DNA of 64,000 nucleotides from Eubacteriales bacterium (GTDB taxonomy: Bacteria; Bacillota; Clostridia; Oscillospirales; CAG-272). A model generated the notes under the pieces. It worked only from the letters and a program-made list of their open reading frames with translations, was not told where the DNA came from and did no database searches. A program made the translations under genes and the position numbers. Position 1 is the first letter of the stretch. Every line of letters starts with the position of its first letter. The stretch is from contig JAZNOI010000042.1 of assembly GCA_045580755.1 (NCBI GenBank), positions 2,758-66,757 of the forward strand, read 5' to 3'. Positions 63,078 through 64,000 of the stretch are shown here, one piece after another.

Positions 63078-64000
63078 ATGAATCTTGAAGCCATCGGAAA
63101 AAACATAAAAAGACTGCGCGAAAAAAGCGGGATAACACAAAACGAGCTTGCCAAAAAGCTTTTCGTGAGTTTTCAGGCGGTGAGCGCCTGGGAAAGAGGG
63201 ATATCTCTGCCCGACCTTGAGAACGCAGTCAAAATGGCAACTCTTTTTAACGTGAGTATAGATACGCTCATGCGCGACAGCGAAAGCCATCTCCTCCTCG
63301 CGATCGACGGAGGAGGAACAAAAACCGAATTCGTTTTGTTTGAAAGAAACGGAATAGTGAGAAAACGCGTTATTTGCGAGGGGGCTAATCCCAACGCCGC
63401 AGGCGTTGAAAAAAGCATTGACATTTTGTGCCGCGGTATTGACGAAATAACGGCAAACAATTCAGCCAAAGCAATTTTCGGCGGTATTGCGGGCGTTACG
63501 ACCGGCAACCACGTAAAGACGATAACAAACGCGCTCATCGAAAAATACGGAGTAAAAATAAACATCGATACCGACGGCGTAAACGTTCTCGCTATGGGAA
63601 AGAATCCTGAGAATACGGCTTCGGTAATAAGCGGTACAGGCTCGTGCGTTTTTGTCAGAAACGATTTCAAGCTTACCCGCCTCGGCGGCTGGGGCAATCT
63701 GTTCGCTCCCGCGGGCTCTGCATACAAAGTCGGTTGTGATGCGATAACACATACACTTGCAGTAAACGACCGTCTCGAATCCCCCACTCTGATCACAAAA
63801 CTTGTCGAAGAAAAGCTGGGCGGAAACGTATGGCAAAACCTTTCGTCAGTTTACGAAAAAGGTGTGGCGTATATAGCATCGTTTGCCCCGCTCGTAACAG
63901 AGGCAGCAGAAAAAGGCGAAAAAAAGGCTTTTGATATCCTTGAAGAAAACGCAAAAGGACTTGCCCGCATAATAGAATGTGCAAGAAAGAATTACGGCGC
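63078..64000 (+). CDS. XRE-HTH fused to a BadF/BadG/BcrA/BcrD-type ATPase (N-acetylglucosamine-kinase-like); 3' end outside the window
   Basis: Not in the ORF track because no stop is reached. Hand translation: MNLEAIGKNIKRLREKSGITQNELAKKLFVSFQAVSAWERG... then LLLAIDGGGTKTEF, VISGTGSCVF, LGGWGNLFAPAGSAYKVG. Open to base 64000. Confidence 0.82.
   Translation, partial: MNLEAIGKNIKRLREKSGITQNELAKKLFVSFQAVSAWERGISLPDLENAVKMATLFNVSIDTLMRDSESHLLLAIDGGGTKTEFVLFERNGIVRKRVICEGANPNAAGVEKSIDILCRGIDEITANNSAKAIFGGIAGVTTGNHVKTITNALIEKYGVKINIDTDGVNVLAMGKNPENTASVISGTGSCVFVRNDFKLTRLGGWGNLFAPAGSAYKVGCDAITHTLAVNDRLESPTLITKLVEEKLGGNVWQNLSSVYEKGVAYIASFAPLVTEAAEKGEKKAFDILEENAKGLARIIECARKNYG

Noticed and set aside
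63173-63836. Minus-strand track ORFs of 207 aa and 124 aa near the window end.
   Set aside because: They overlap the unlisted + strand HTH/BadF-like gene (63078 onward), which has clear motifs. They are antisense artefacts.
1-64000. Search for tRNA, rRNA, transposase, integrase, restriction-modification, toxin-antitoxin or known defence-system genes.
   Set aside because: I could not recognise any by eye in any intergenic region or ORF. The absence should be confirmed with tRNAscan, Infernal and defence-system HMM tools.

Overview
This window looks like a chromosomal segment from a spore-forming Firmicute of the class Clostridia; I cannot assign a species from sequence alone. It is almost entirely coding and mostly housekeeping. 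It opens with the origin-proximal block mnmG-rsmG-noc-like-parA-parB, with two parS sites between the noc-like gene and parA. It continues with hflX-yigZ, rpmE, a Phe T-box leader plus pheS-pheT, rpmG-secE-nusG-rplK-rplA, and ctsR-mcsA-mcsB-clpC with two CtsR boxes. The rest is metabolic and envelope genes. The regions most worth a second look are: (1) a VTC-domain / DUF4956 / secreted CotH-kinase operon at 15.3-19.1 kb, a candidate bacterial VTC-like polyphosphate module with no described function that I know of; (2) an XRE-HTH/S24 self-cleaving-type repressor at 55.9-56.5 kb, divergent from a consensus promoter that drives three tiny ORFs, with three phased operator-like repeats; (3) a Csp/SleC spore-germination locus at 19.3-24.1 kb, and a second SleC-like paralog at 61.2-62.9 kb whose N-terminal domain is split off as an ORF absent from the ORF track and lacking any ATG/GTG/TTG start; (4) a mosaic intergenic repeat family made of GC-rich hairpin modules at two convergent gene junctions (7.26-7.56 kb and 14.9-15.3 kb), where the stems differ in sequence but stay paired; (5) an htrA gene plus OmpR-type two-component system preceded by helically phased TTCA(CA) repeats in place of a -35 element; (6) an XRE-HTH fused to a BadF/GlcNAc-kinase-like ATPase that runs off the 3' end and is absent from the ORF track. 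I saw no CRISPR array, tRNA, rRNA, transposase or integrase. All family assignments come from motif recognition by eye and need HMM or BLAST confirmation.
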